DNA from: a virus
Taxonomy: Duplodnaviria; Caudoviricetes
Length of the DNA: 60,218 nt
Reading direction: 5' to 3' (one strand)
IMG/VR virus record: IMGVR_UViG_3300036985_003389
Location: 1-60,218 of that record
Part shown: piece after piece, positions 21,001-33,000 of the stretch
Layout of the letters: each line of letters begins with the position of its first letter
How positions within the stretch are numbered: position 1 is the stretch's first letter
The notes under the pieces: model-generated
The model's input: only the letters and a program-made list of their open reading frames with translations
Told to the model about the DNA's origin: nothing
The model's database searches: none
Position numbers and translations under genes: made by a program

Positions 21001-24000
21001 AATGTCGGGTTCTCGCTCTCCAGCCGCTCGATGCGCTGCTCGTGGATGTCCTGGCTGATGGCGTGGGGGTTGCGCTGCATGCCGTTCTTCTTCGTGTCGG
21101 CAAGCTCGGCGCTCAGTTCCCTGGCATAGGTGTCGATCCCCTTCAGGCGGTTGGCTGCATCCTCGGCCTGGGCCTGTAGCTGTTCGAGCATATTGCCCTG
21201 TGCCGACTCGCCGATCTCCCGCTCGTCTCGATCCGCAGTCACGCTTTCCATGCGGCGGACGGCATCGGCCTGCTTGCGCTCCCACATCGCAATCTGGCGC
21301 TGCTTGCGGCTGATCAGAGATTGCCGCTCATCCGAGTTCATGGCCGTTGCCATCTCGGCGCCGGCCAGCTCGTCCTTGAGTTGGTCCAGGCGCTGGCCGA
21401 TGTCGGCAAGCTCTTTCTCGGCTGCGGATGCCGAGCGCTGCCGGTCCTGGACCAGCGTCGCATCGCCGATCTGGCGCGAGATCAGGCGCTCGACCCGATC
21501 GGAAAGCTTTCGCGACAGGTCGGCAAGCGCCGGCCGAACCGCGTCGATGTTAGAAAGCTTTCCGGCAATATCGGCGATCTTGTACTGCTTGGCCGTCCAG
21601 ACCTTCCATTCCTCGGCCGCGCGCCGGCTTTCCAGATAGACACCGAACGACTGGTGCTTGCCAAGCGACCACGTCTTGCCCATGGCCAAGCTCAACGCAT
21701 CATGCAGCGATGGCGAGCGAAACGACGTGTCGCGATAGTTGGGCATGCCGTCCTGAATCCAGCGCAGCCCGGTCTTGAAGCTGTCGCCGATCGAACGCAT
21801 GAGCTTGTACGGGTTTTCGTGCACGGCAAGTGAGATGGCCCGGCCCTTGTCGTCAGCCTTCAGATTCTCGTCGGCGCGCGCCAGGAATTTACTGACGGCC
21901 AGATACCACTGGTGGTTCTGATCGACGCCAGCCTCATAGACCGCATGCGAGAATCCACTGATGGTCCGTGATTGCCCGATGCTCTCGTAGAAGTCGCTGA
22001 ACCGCTTCGTAAAGCTGTTGTCAGCCTCGCTCTTGAGGTTGGCATGTGCCCGTTCCAGATCGGTGGCGCGAATGTAGTCCTGCCATTCCTGACGCGATTG
22101 CAGCAGGTGCAACCGCTCGATGGCCTCCAGGATTTCAGGTCCGTGACCGTCCAGGAAGTCCTCGAACTCGGCCAGAAAGTTCGGTGCCATTTGCTGCACG
22201 TGATCTGGGCGCAGGATGTAGTCGCGGAAGAAATTAGCGAAGCCTTCCGATAGCTGGTTGCCCTGCTGTGTCGACAGCGCCTCGAGTTCGGCCCGGTGCC
22301 GCATTTTGATGTGCGCCAGATCGGTGCCGAACAGACGCTCGATGTGGTGGCCGCCCTCATGCGCCACGTTGTCGATGTCGGTGGACAGGCGATAGCGCTG
22401 AGTGCCCGTCAGACGGTCGTACTGGCCGGCAACGAACTGGGTTGGCCGGAACGTCCTCGACTTCTTGCCGGTTTGTACACCCTCGACAGTCAAGCCATAG
22501 AGGCCCTGTGTCGCATTCATGCCGAGCACGTCCTTCAGATTGGCGATGATCTCGGTGATGGGCTTGACCTTACGGTCGCGACCCTTGCCGAACATGAACT
22601 GCGGCGCGGCACCTCCACCACTGCCACCGTTATCATCGGCAATGGCCTGCTCCAACCCGATGAACTGCCAATTGCCACGGCCATCCCTGGCCCAGCCGGT
22701 GGACAGGAATATCTCGATCTCGGGAGAGCCATTGCTGGCCATGTCACGAGCTACGGCAAACGTGTCAGGATCGGCCGTGGGCTCATTTGGCATGGCTGTC
22801 TGACTGTCGTCGAACGCTCTGATGGAGAACAGAGGCATTCCGCCGAGCAGCTTCGTGACCGTGTTGGCGTAGTCGACGACGCTTGCCATGCTAGAGCCCA
22901 GGCTGACGCCGAGGCCATCTTGATCGGCCCGCGCCACCAGTTCGCTCGCGCGACGCGCAGCACCGCGAACGACGCCGAACAGCACATCCATGCGTGACTG
23001 AGCCAGCGCCTCCGGTGGAATACCGCGACGCAACTCGATCAGGTACTGTAGCCTGTCCGGCTCGTTCGCTGCTTCCATCGCAGCAATCATCCTGTCCAGT
23101 TGTGCCGGACCAATCCAGGCACCATCGAACATCGGCCCGCCATTGACGTGATGGGCAACACTCTCGCCATTGCGCTTCTGCCAGTAGCGATAGGCATCCT
23201 CGCTCAGCCAGCCATTGGACGAGACGACCGTGCTCAGATCACGCTCGACCGCATCAAACAGGGCCGAGCTGACACCGCGACCGAGCATCTCGTCTTTCAC
23301 ACGGATGCTGGCCACTTCATGCCGACCCATCGCGTCTCGACTGAGCACGAGCGAAGCCACACCATCGCCAATGCTGTAGGTGCGCAGTTCCGTGCCATCC
23401 TCGTTCGTGCGGATGCTCACACTGCCGGACATGCCTGCTGCCGAGAATGGCTGCTGCGTGGCTGGGCGTTGAACGGACGAGCCGAATGAAAATGAAGGTG
23501 TGCCACCCCACTGCTCCAGCACTGCCTGTCCAGCCGGCACATACAGGGCCAGAACCTGCGCTCGCTGCTCGAGTTGTTCCGGCGTGGTCAGGGACTTGAT
23601 TCGATCACGCAGCACGCCATCGGTCATGCGTGCGCGAATACCGGACACCTCGGCCCGCTCGAACAGGTCGGCAAGATCATTGAAGCCGTACTTGTTCAGC
23701 ACCGTCTTGATGGCCTGCATGATCTCGACCATGCGAGACAGCAAGGCATCGATCGCCGCGCCATAGCGGGTGCCGGACGACCAGTCCTGCGCCATCCGAG
23801 CAACGCGCTCCTGGTTCAGGCGCTCGACCACGAAGTCACGCACATCGCGCATGTCATTCATGCCCATGCGCCGAGCCTGCAGATAATAGGTCGTAGCATA
23901 TTCTGGCAATGCGGGATGGGATGTACCATCGGGGCGCAATGTTCGGATCTTCTCGTCGATCCCGATCTTGGCCGCCCGGTCAAGCAAGGACTTCCATTCA

Positions 24001-27000
24001 GCCGCTGTGAACGCGCCTGCCTCACGCAAGGCATGCACCGTCTCGTGCCATGCGCCACCGCGCGCCGTGTCTGGTCCGTACGCCAGCGTAACAGCCAGCA
24101 AGCGGCTGCCGTGCTCGTAGAAGCCGACCGGCTCGCCCTGGTCCTGCTGAGCCAGATGATCCGCCACACGGATTGCCACGTCGCGCGGGGCCATGCGCGC
24201 TATCTCAGCCTCGATGTCAGCGACGATCGCGGCCTTGCGCTCAGCGTAGCCAGGCCGGAATGAGCCGAGATTGCCGATCTGCGATTCCGCGGCTAGGCGA
24301 AAGAGGGGCTGGCCTTCCTCCATGACCGAACGCTTGACCGCCTCGGTCAGCGGGAATAGCGTGAAGCCCTTGCCAAGGCCAGTCTTGCCGCTTGGGCTGT
24401 CAAGAGTCTCGATCCTCTCGGGGGAAGGAGATGCCTTGTCGATCTTGGCGATCAAATTGCGAAGGTTCTTCGGGACAATGCCTTCGATCGCCGAGTTTTG
24501 AGCAACAAGCCGCTTAGCCGCCTTGAGGCCGGCTGCGTGCTCTTCCGCGGAAACACCGGAGGCGGCACCCTTCTCCAGTCTTTCAAGTTCACTCTTGTAA
24601 ACTTTCAGTTGTTTCGGCCTCTCGGCTCCGCCATAGAAGAACCGCATGCCAGCGTCGTCACCCGGATTATAGGACAGCACCGTATCGCCACTCGGGATGG
24701 CAATGTAGTCAGCCCCTGCCTCACTGGCCTGACGAATGGCACGGCGAAGGACAGTGTTAACCCACTGGTCAGTGGTGTTGACAAGGGGATTGCCGGGGGA
24801 ACCCGCTTCGGCAGTGGCAAGTTCAGCGCGAAGAAGACCTTGCTCAGAAATGGCGACATTCAAGTCAGTTGGCAGGCCGGTCGGATCGAGTTTTTTGATA
24901 CGGGCCAGGAAGCTCCGCACGTGGCCGGGAGGAATATCCTCGTATCGCGTTGCGCCAACGCTGTTTGTGAGGTTAGTCCAATCCATGCGCGACCTGTGGT
25001 CGGCGGGCAAGTCGGCAAGGTACTCGTCAATGTACGGCTTCGCCTGCGCCCGAAGATCGCCGACGCGATCATCTGCTGCTTTGGCCTTCGCCTTTAACTC
25101 AGCGATCTTCGCCTCGTCCCTGACGCCGCCATCGCGCAGATTCTGGCCCCAATCAGACTGAATCTGGTCAATCGTGAACACTGGCTTTCCACGATGCGTC
25201 GTCATAGACGTCATCATGTGGCCGATGATGTTGGGCTCGGGGAAATGACCAGATTGGAAGTTGCTGGCCTTGATCTCCTTCAATTCAGAAAGAAGTGCGG
25301 CATTCTCGCTTCTCGCTGCACGCAACGGTGCAAAGTCGGGGGTTGCCCGCAGATCCTTCGCCTGCTCGCTTATGTCATAAATGACGCGCTGATTTTCTTT
25401 CATACGCGCTTCAATTTCCTGCGCGCGTCGAGATTCCGGCAGATGCAGGACTGTCTCTCTGTATGTGGGGTTGGAAGAGTCGAGAGAGTGACGGGCCCAC
25501 TTGGTCGGGCCTGCTGCGCCAGACGGAACGGTGCTCGTTTCCGTGTAGGCTCCGCCACCGACAAGATCATTCATCATGTCGTCGTCGACTAAACCTCCGC
25601 CCAAGTCTTGCGTGTCGGTGGTTCCGTCGATCTGACCGCCATACTGCACTTCCTTCACCTGGACTCTATTCTCTTCCAGGAATTTGACGATTTCGGATTT
25701 AGTGACTTGTTTCAACGACGCCCGGCGGGGAGGAGACGCAGTGCGATCACCCTGGGGCTTCCATTCCCCAACAAAGGTGTCGCTCATGCGATCTTGCCCA
25801 GGGACAAGGGGGCGCATTTCGAGCGTCTCGATCACACCCTCTTTTGCGGGGGCCAGCAACTCACCAAGTTTTGTGGCTTCGATCTCTGCGTCCTTGACGC
25901 CAGCAGATTTGAGCTGTGCCAGCATTTGCTCTGGCGTGCCCTTGGCTTGCTTGAGCCCACGCGCTGCTTCCAGCGCCTTGCTGTAGTAGCCGAGTGCATC
26001 AAGATCGCGACGCATGGACTGGCCTGTGCCAGCATCCGGCGAGGATGGGCCACCGAACATGAACTGAGGTGTGCTGGTGTCGTCAGTGACTGGCGCCTGA
26101 GATGCGCCGGCAGTCAGCTGGCTAAGATCGGCCTCGGCTTTGGCGATCTCGGCCTGGGCTACTTCTTCTTGGGAGCCTTGTGCGGCTCCGCTTCGTTCAC
26201 CGCCGCGAGCAACCACTGGTCGTCGATCCACTCCATCCACTCGGGGGTTCCCCGAGGTGGCTCCGGCCCGAGGCCATAGTCCCTCGATTTCCAGTCCAGG
26301 AAGCCCGGCGACTTCCCACCGGTCGGCTCGCTCGTTGAAGGTGACTTTGGCGGTTTCATTGACCCTCCGATCCTCCTCTAGTATAGCAAGAAGCTTCGGA
26401 ATGTTCGAGTCTGTTAGGTCGAATTCCGTCGTCGGAACTGCACGGCCGGTCTTCCTCCAGCGCATGACTGCGCGTTCCATCGCCAGCGCCTTTGGCACAG
26501 ACACATGAACCACCGTGATCTGATAGCCATTGGCCGAGAACTGATCGACCAATTTATTGATACTGCTGCTGGAAGATCCAAGCTTTTCAACGATTATATT
26601 GCCGCCAGCGCTCACCATGCGCGCGACAGCATCCTTCATCATATTCGAGGCTTCTTCGTGCACGCCTCCGGAATTTTTGCCGTCGTCATATTCCGGGATA
26701 AGCAGCTTGGCATCGTCGCCGACCATGTGGGCCGCGCCGTGCCGTTCACCAACCTTCTTGGCAATGGTCGATTTGCCTGACCCTGGCATTCCCAGAAGAA
26801 TGAACAGCTTGCGCTCGTTCTTCTGCGCGCCTCCGGGAATCTTCTCGATCGCATCGTCAATCAGGAATTGAACGGCGTTGTCGTATCCAACGATTTCGCC
26901 CTGCGGCGTGTTGTAGGTACGCGCCGCCTTCCATTCTGGCGAGCCATAGCCTGGCTGTTTTTCCGTGTCCCGGCTCATGTCGGCAATGGTGGCCCGCGTC

Positions 27001-30000
27001 CATTCCTCGCTGTTCAGCGTCTGACGAATCGCGGCTTCGCGCTCGACATAGTCGGCCTCGGTGAACTTTTCCGGCGCCATCAATGTCCGATAGTAGGCAA
27101 GGAATTTCTGCCACTCCTGGCCGAGATAGGCTTGACCGCCGGCACTCGGATCGACAGGAGCCTTCTGCGAGAATGCGAAGTATTCCTTGTTGGCCCGATA
27201 GCGCGGCAACGACAGGCCGGCGCGCATCAGCGGAATCGCAGCCAAAGCCTTCGATGTCTTGCCGACACCATCCGCCCAGACATGATCGGTCATGTTGGTG
27301 CGCCACTCGATCCAGGCTGCGGTCTCCACCGGATCGGCATTCTCATCGTCGAGGCGCGCGGCAAGCTCCTCAGAGAATTGCTTGTAGGCAGCAGGCAAGT
27401 CTGCCACGCGCGTGTATGGGAACTTGTCGCTGTCGTCCTCGCGATAGAGAGCACCTTCCTTCAGAATGCCGCGATTGATCGCCAGTGCGATCTTGTCCAA
27501 TTCCTTGGCAAGTTCCGACGGCTTCAGAAGGGCCATCTGCTCGCGGCGCCGGTAGATGTCGGAGATCACACCCTGGAAATTCTCGACTGCGGAACGGGCG
27601 GCGAGATCCCCAGTCAGGCCTTCGGCCATCTGCCCGGCTTTGCCAACTGAGGCGCTGATGTCGACGATGCCGGCCGCCGTCCTGGACGTGGCCTTGAGAT
27701 TGGCCATGCCCTGTTCGACGTAAGCAGCCTCTGCCTTCGCATCATCGGGTGACTGCGTCTTGCCGAACTTGAGCACGCCCTCTAAGCGCTGCAGGCGCCT
27801 TGTTTTGCGGCGCAGTTCATCTGCACGCGGGAACGGTGTTGGCTGTGCTGCCTTGTCCAGGCCCGGCAGTTCCGTTTCCCAGCGCGCTATCCTGCCGCGT
27901 TGCATCTCGATGTGCTCGGGGATGGCGGCCACCATGCGCTCCCAGCGACGCACAAGCTGCACCGGATCGCTGGTCTCCGTGATCAGGAACGAGTCCATGG
28001 GGCTGTAGTCACGAACACCGACGATCTCGGGCTTGACCAGGATGCCATCGCTGGTGCGCTTGACGATCGCCTTCATCTGGAAGCCGGAGATGGTGCCGAT
28101 CTCGCTATCAGATCCGTAACCACCCCAGATTCTCGACCCAACGCCATGCAGATAGCCGCGGATCGCCTCGCCCGCCTTCTTGCGCTCCTTGAACCCGACG
28201 GGCCCGTCCGTGCCAACATCCAGTGTCACGCTGAACTTGTCGCCGGCCAGGTCCGTGACCTTCAGCGCATCTTCTTCATATGGGGCAAGATCAGCCTTGC
28301 TCTTTTCATTCATCGACCGGATCGTCGCGGCATTGGCTGCGGCGGCCTTGTGGCTCCGAACGTGGCCGCGTTCGGCCACCTGGAGCTGGCGCACCTCGCG
28401 CGACAACTCGGCATGCTCCATAATCAGCGGATTGCCGGTTGCTGCAGCTTTGAGCTCAGCCGCTTCTGGCAACGGCGGGTTGATATCCTCAGCATTTCGC
28501 ACGCCGAGCGCACCAGCGAACATTTGGCCAATAAAGATGGATTTGCGGTCAAGCAGCTGCCACCGGTAGGCATCGAACGAGCGCTTGGTGATGTAGCGCA
28601 GAATGCGAACTTCCGGGTTCTTGTTGCCCTGCCTGAGAATTCGGCCGTCGCGCTGCTCAACATCGGCTGGCTTCCACGGGGCATCGAGGTGGTGCATGGC
28701 GATCAACTGGCGCTGGACGTTGGTGCCAACGCCCATCTTGCCGGTCGATCCGAACAGCACACGCACCTCGCCGTTGCGCACCCTCTCGAACAGCTTGGCC
28801 TTCTTGTCATCGGTGTTCGCGTCGTGAATGAACGCGATCTGATCGGCGGGAATGCCCTTCTCGATCAGTCGGACCTTCATGTCCTCATAGAGATTGAACT
28901 TGCCGACCAGCATGGCCTTTGCTTCAACCTCGGCCTCGTCAACCTCGGCTTCAACCTCGGCATCCTCACTCGTCCCGCGCGCCTCATCGAGCAACTCGCG
29001 ACGGATTACATCGGCGATGTCAGTATCGACTGTGGCGCCAGATGTTCCAGTCGCTGGCGTGACCGTCGAACGCCTACCCCTTGAGCCAGGAACGCCCATG
29101 TCTAAAAAGACCAGCTGCGCCTTGTTGGGCGCGGCCGGATCGACGTTGCCGTCCTTCCAGATGTCGAAGATATTGCTGACCGCTCGACCGATCTTGCCAG
29201 TCGGATTGAACGGCGCGGTTGGATCTACCAAGCGCATGTCGGTTGCGAGCTGAATGCCCTTGGTGAACAGGGAAATGAACGGCGCACCCTCGCCCGGCTT
29301 CTTTCCCTTGGCCTCCTCCATCTCCTCGATCAGGCCTTGGATGGCCGATTCTTCGGTTTCGGATAGATCAACCTCGACAGCTTCGATTTTGCCCCCCTTC
29401 AGATTTGGGCGTGGCAGCTTCAGCATGTCAGCGGTCTGGGTATCCATGACCTCGCCGACGAGGCTCATCAGTTCTGGCATGTTGACGAACTGAGAGAACG
29501 ATTCCGTATCGACCCAATCGCGGGAATTCGATGACAGCTCGGATTTGGTGACGATCTTGCCGAACGTGCCGGCCCACGAATCGAATTGATGCAGGCCATA
29601 CTTGCGCAGCATTGGCCCCTGCAGATAGCGCTGCATCGTGTAAAGCTCGGCCATCGTGTTGGATACTAGCGTACCCGTCATGAACACAGCTGACCGGCCC
29701 GGCCGACTCTTTTCCAGATGCCCCATCTTCACATAGAGATCAGTGGCACGCTTAGACTCGCCCTTGTTCGAAATGCCCCTCACGCGACCATGACGAGTGG
29801 CGAAGTGCAGTGATTTGAACGTGTGGGCCTCGTCGACGAACATGAAATCGACACCCAGCTCCTCAAACGTTACGCCGTCGTCCTTCGACTCCTCGTCAGT
29901 CAATCTTTTCAGCCTGTTCTCAAGGCGTTTCTTGGCTTTTTCCAGATCCTTGACGGTCGGCGAATCTTCGCCCTCGTCTTTGGCTGCCTGATCTTTGGCG

Positions 30001-33000
30001 TCGAGCAAGTCCTGAATCTGCAGCTCGTAGTATTCGCGATACGTATCAGGCGACATGCCGACACGCGTGAACGCCGAGTGCGTGATGATGATGCCGTCCC
30101 ACGTGTCGGAAGCGACCTTGGCCGCAAACTCCCGGCGCCGATCACGGGACATCTGATCCTTGGTTGCAACCAGCAGCTTGGCATTCGGATAGGCTTGGTA
30201 GAACTCCGTCGAGAACTGCTCCAGCATGTGGTTCGGAACGACGAACATCGGGCGCTGCACCATGCCCAGACGCTTCATCTCCATGGATGCCATGATCGCC
30301 GTCCAGGTCTTGCCGGACCCGACAACGTGATTGAACAGCGTGTTGCCGCGCTGGATTACGCGCCAGATTGCATTGACGCGATGTGGCAGGAGATTGATCG
30401 TGCCTGTCGTGCCGTCGGGGAACGTGACGACACGGGCAAGCCCTGGAAATGTCAGATGCGAACCATCGTACTTCTGCGGCACGATGCGATTGAAGGTGTG
30501 ATTGTAAAGCTTTTCGAGTCGATCGGCCCGCTGCATGTCTTCCCATGCCCAGCCGTCAACGCCAAGATCCGAGTTGCCTGAAAACAAGTCTCGAATGGCA
30601 TCGATCTTAGCACGCGCCTCGGCTTCTGCCTCGGGGACGCGCACGCGGGTTTCGCCTTCCTCGCTCTGGACTGTATCTGTAATCACGACCGTATTGGAAT
30701 TGAGCGCATAATCCAGTATCTGGACAAGATTTTTTCGCGCTGTTCCGTAAGTATCGTTTGCCGCCAACGGGAAGTGACCAGACAGAACATTCCAGCGCGC
30801 ATTGGCCTCGTTGTAGACGAGCTCGACGCGGTGGCCTCCCAGCTTTTCCTCAAGGAATTTTTCATAGACCTCAGCTGGCACCCATGGGGCGCCAAACGGA
30901 ATCGTGATCTCAGACCTCGTGAGCTGTTCCGGCTGCACCTTTTCGAGAGATTCGACGTTGCGTCGATACCGCATAGGATCAAGCTCGGCTGCGATGCGCG
31001 CTTGGTCCAGTTTTTCGACGACATCGCCAGCCAGATACTCGGCATTGGTCTGCCAGATCTCGCCAGCCGGGTTCTCAAACACCTGATCGTCGAGGGACGC
31101 AATGGCCTCAGCTTGGTTGAGCCCGAGGCGCTTAGCGATCAACGGCATATCAACCTTGCCGGTCTCGTTCAGAGAAACGGCCAGGGCATCCGACGGCCCC
31201 GTGATGGCCGGTGTCTGGTAGGAGCCGACGATATCCTGATTGAAGATTGCCGCCTTCTTCGCGGTATCGGACTTCTCGTCGTAGACCTCGACCGCAGCCA
31301 CTTTGAAAGCGTCTGGATCTTCCTGGAACAGCGACAATGTCGGCTTGCGCCGGATGACAACCTCTTTGCCATCCTTGCGCGTCTGCTTGGTCACGATCGT
31401 GCGATTGATCGGCCCGTACCTCTCGACAAAATCATCATAGGCCTTGCCGAGCGCCTCCCGGTAGTCGTCCATACCAGCGCGATCGCCGCGCGCCTGCTTG
31501 GCCAGCATGTCATTGACGATGCTACGCAGGCCTATGAACCCGCGAACCTTGGCAGCAGCTTCCTTGCCGAAATTCTGTGGCTCGCCAACACCCTGCACCT
31601 TCCGATAGAGCGTGCCGTCCTTTTCGTAGAACGAGCCTTCCTTGATGCCGTCCGTCTCGGTATCAACATCCTGGCGCGGCTGATCGACGGCGGCAACGCC
31701 ACGCGGGATCATGGAGCCGGCCGGAATGTTGTCGGCGATGGCGTTGACGACCTTCATGCCGAGGCCGTCCGTAGAGCCGATCAGCACCGGCTCGCCCTTG
31801 CCGTACATCTTGCCAATCAGGCGCATCTTGCCGAGCATCATGTCGGGATGGGCCGCGAAGTAACCGTTGATGTCGGTCGCACCTTCCGGCGTCTTCACTT
31901 CAGACAGCGTGCGCCATTCCGGATTGCGATCTGGCTCGCCCTCCATCTTCTTGCGGAAGAAGATGATATCGGTGGTCACGTCCGTTCCGGCATTGGCCTT
32001 GAACGCGCCCTGGTTGCCGCCCGGCAAACGCACGGCGCCGAGGAACGTACCGCGCCTGTCCATCTCGCGCCGCGCCATCGTGCCGGCCTTGTCGAGCGTG
32101 CCGCTCGACGTGATGAAGGCAACGATGCCACCAGGCCGAACCTTGTCGAGCCCCTTGATGAAAAAATAATCGTGTAGCGTGAACTTGTTCTTGTAAGTCG
32201 GATCGTATGGACCTTCAGCGGCGAACGGCACATTCGAGATGGCCAGATCAAAATGATTGTCCGGCCACTTTTGCGTCTCGAAACCAGCAACGCGCACGTC
32301 GGCTGCCCCGTAGAGCGCCTTCGTGATCTCACCGGACAGGATATCGAGTTCGACCGCAGTCCACGCCGTATCGGCCCGCAGCTTGCCCGGCATGAGCCCA
32401 ATGAAGTGACCGATGCCAGCGGCCGGTTCGATCACGCGACCGCCCTTGAAACCCATGTGCTCCAAAGCGTCCCACATGGCCGTAATGACCTCAGGGGACG
32501 TGTAATGTGCGTTCGTGGTCGATGCTCGTGCTGCCGCATATTCGGCCGGCGTCAGCAAGTCTTTCAGCGCGTTGCGCTCGGCCTTCCATTCCGGCTTGTG
32601 ATCGGCGAACACGTCCTGGCTGAAAGCACCCCAACCCACATATTTGACGAGCTTGGCCTTTTCCTCGACCGTAGCCGGGCGCTTTTCTTCCTGCAGAACG
32701 CGAAGGATGCGAATCGCATCGATATTGCCGCGGACCTTGGCCTTGGGCCCGCCCTTGCCGATCTGGTCGGCCGGCGTGATCTGATAGTTTAGCGTCTCCC
32801 GGTCAGCACGAGCCAGCTCCTGCCGCTCGATCTCGGCGGCAACCTGATCGGCAACGGCTGCCTGTTGCTCGTCACTCAGGCTCGCGGAAGCGGGAGGTGG
32901 ATTAGCTCCGAGTTCACGATCTCCCGCACCTGTTCCGGTATTGCCTCCGTCACCTTCACCCTCTCCAGGTAGTCCGTCGGCAGGTCCGGATTGTCCATCA

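Noticed and set aside
26857-27306. Further nested same-strand ORFs in the giant gene (149 aa here; also 33386-33574 and 34931-35239)
   Set aside because: Arg/Ser/Cys-rich off-frame composition, no convincing RBS, and they overlap structured domains rather than linkers.
27900-32177. Long + strand ORFs (394, 252 and 467 aa) opposite the giant gene
   Set aside because: These are antisense shadows expected from high-GC codon bias, with no recognisable motifs or RBS.
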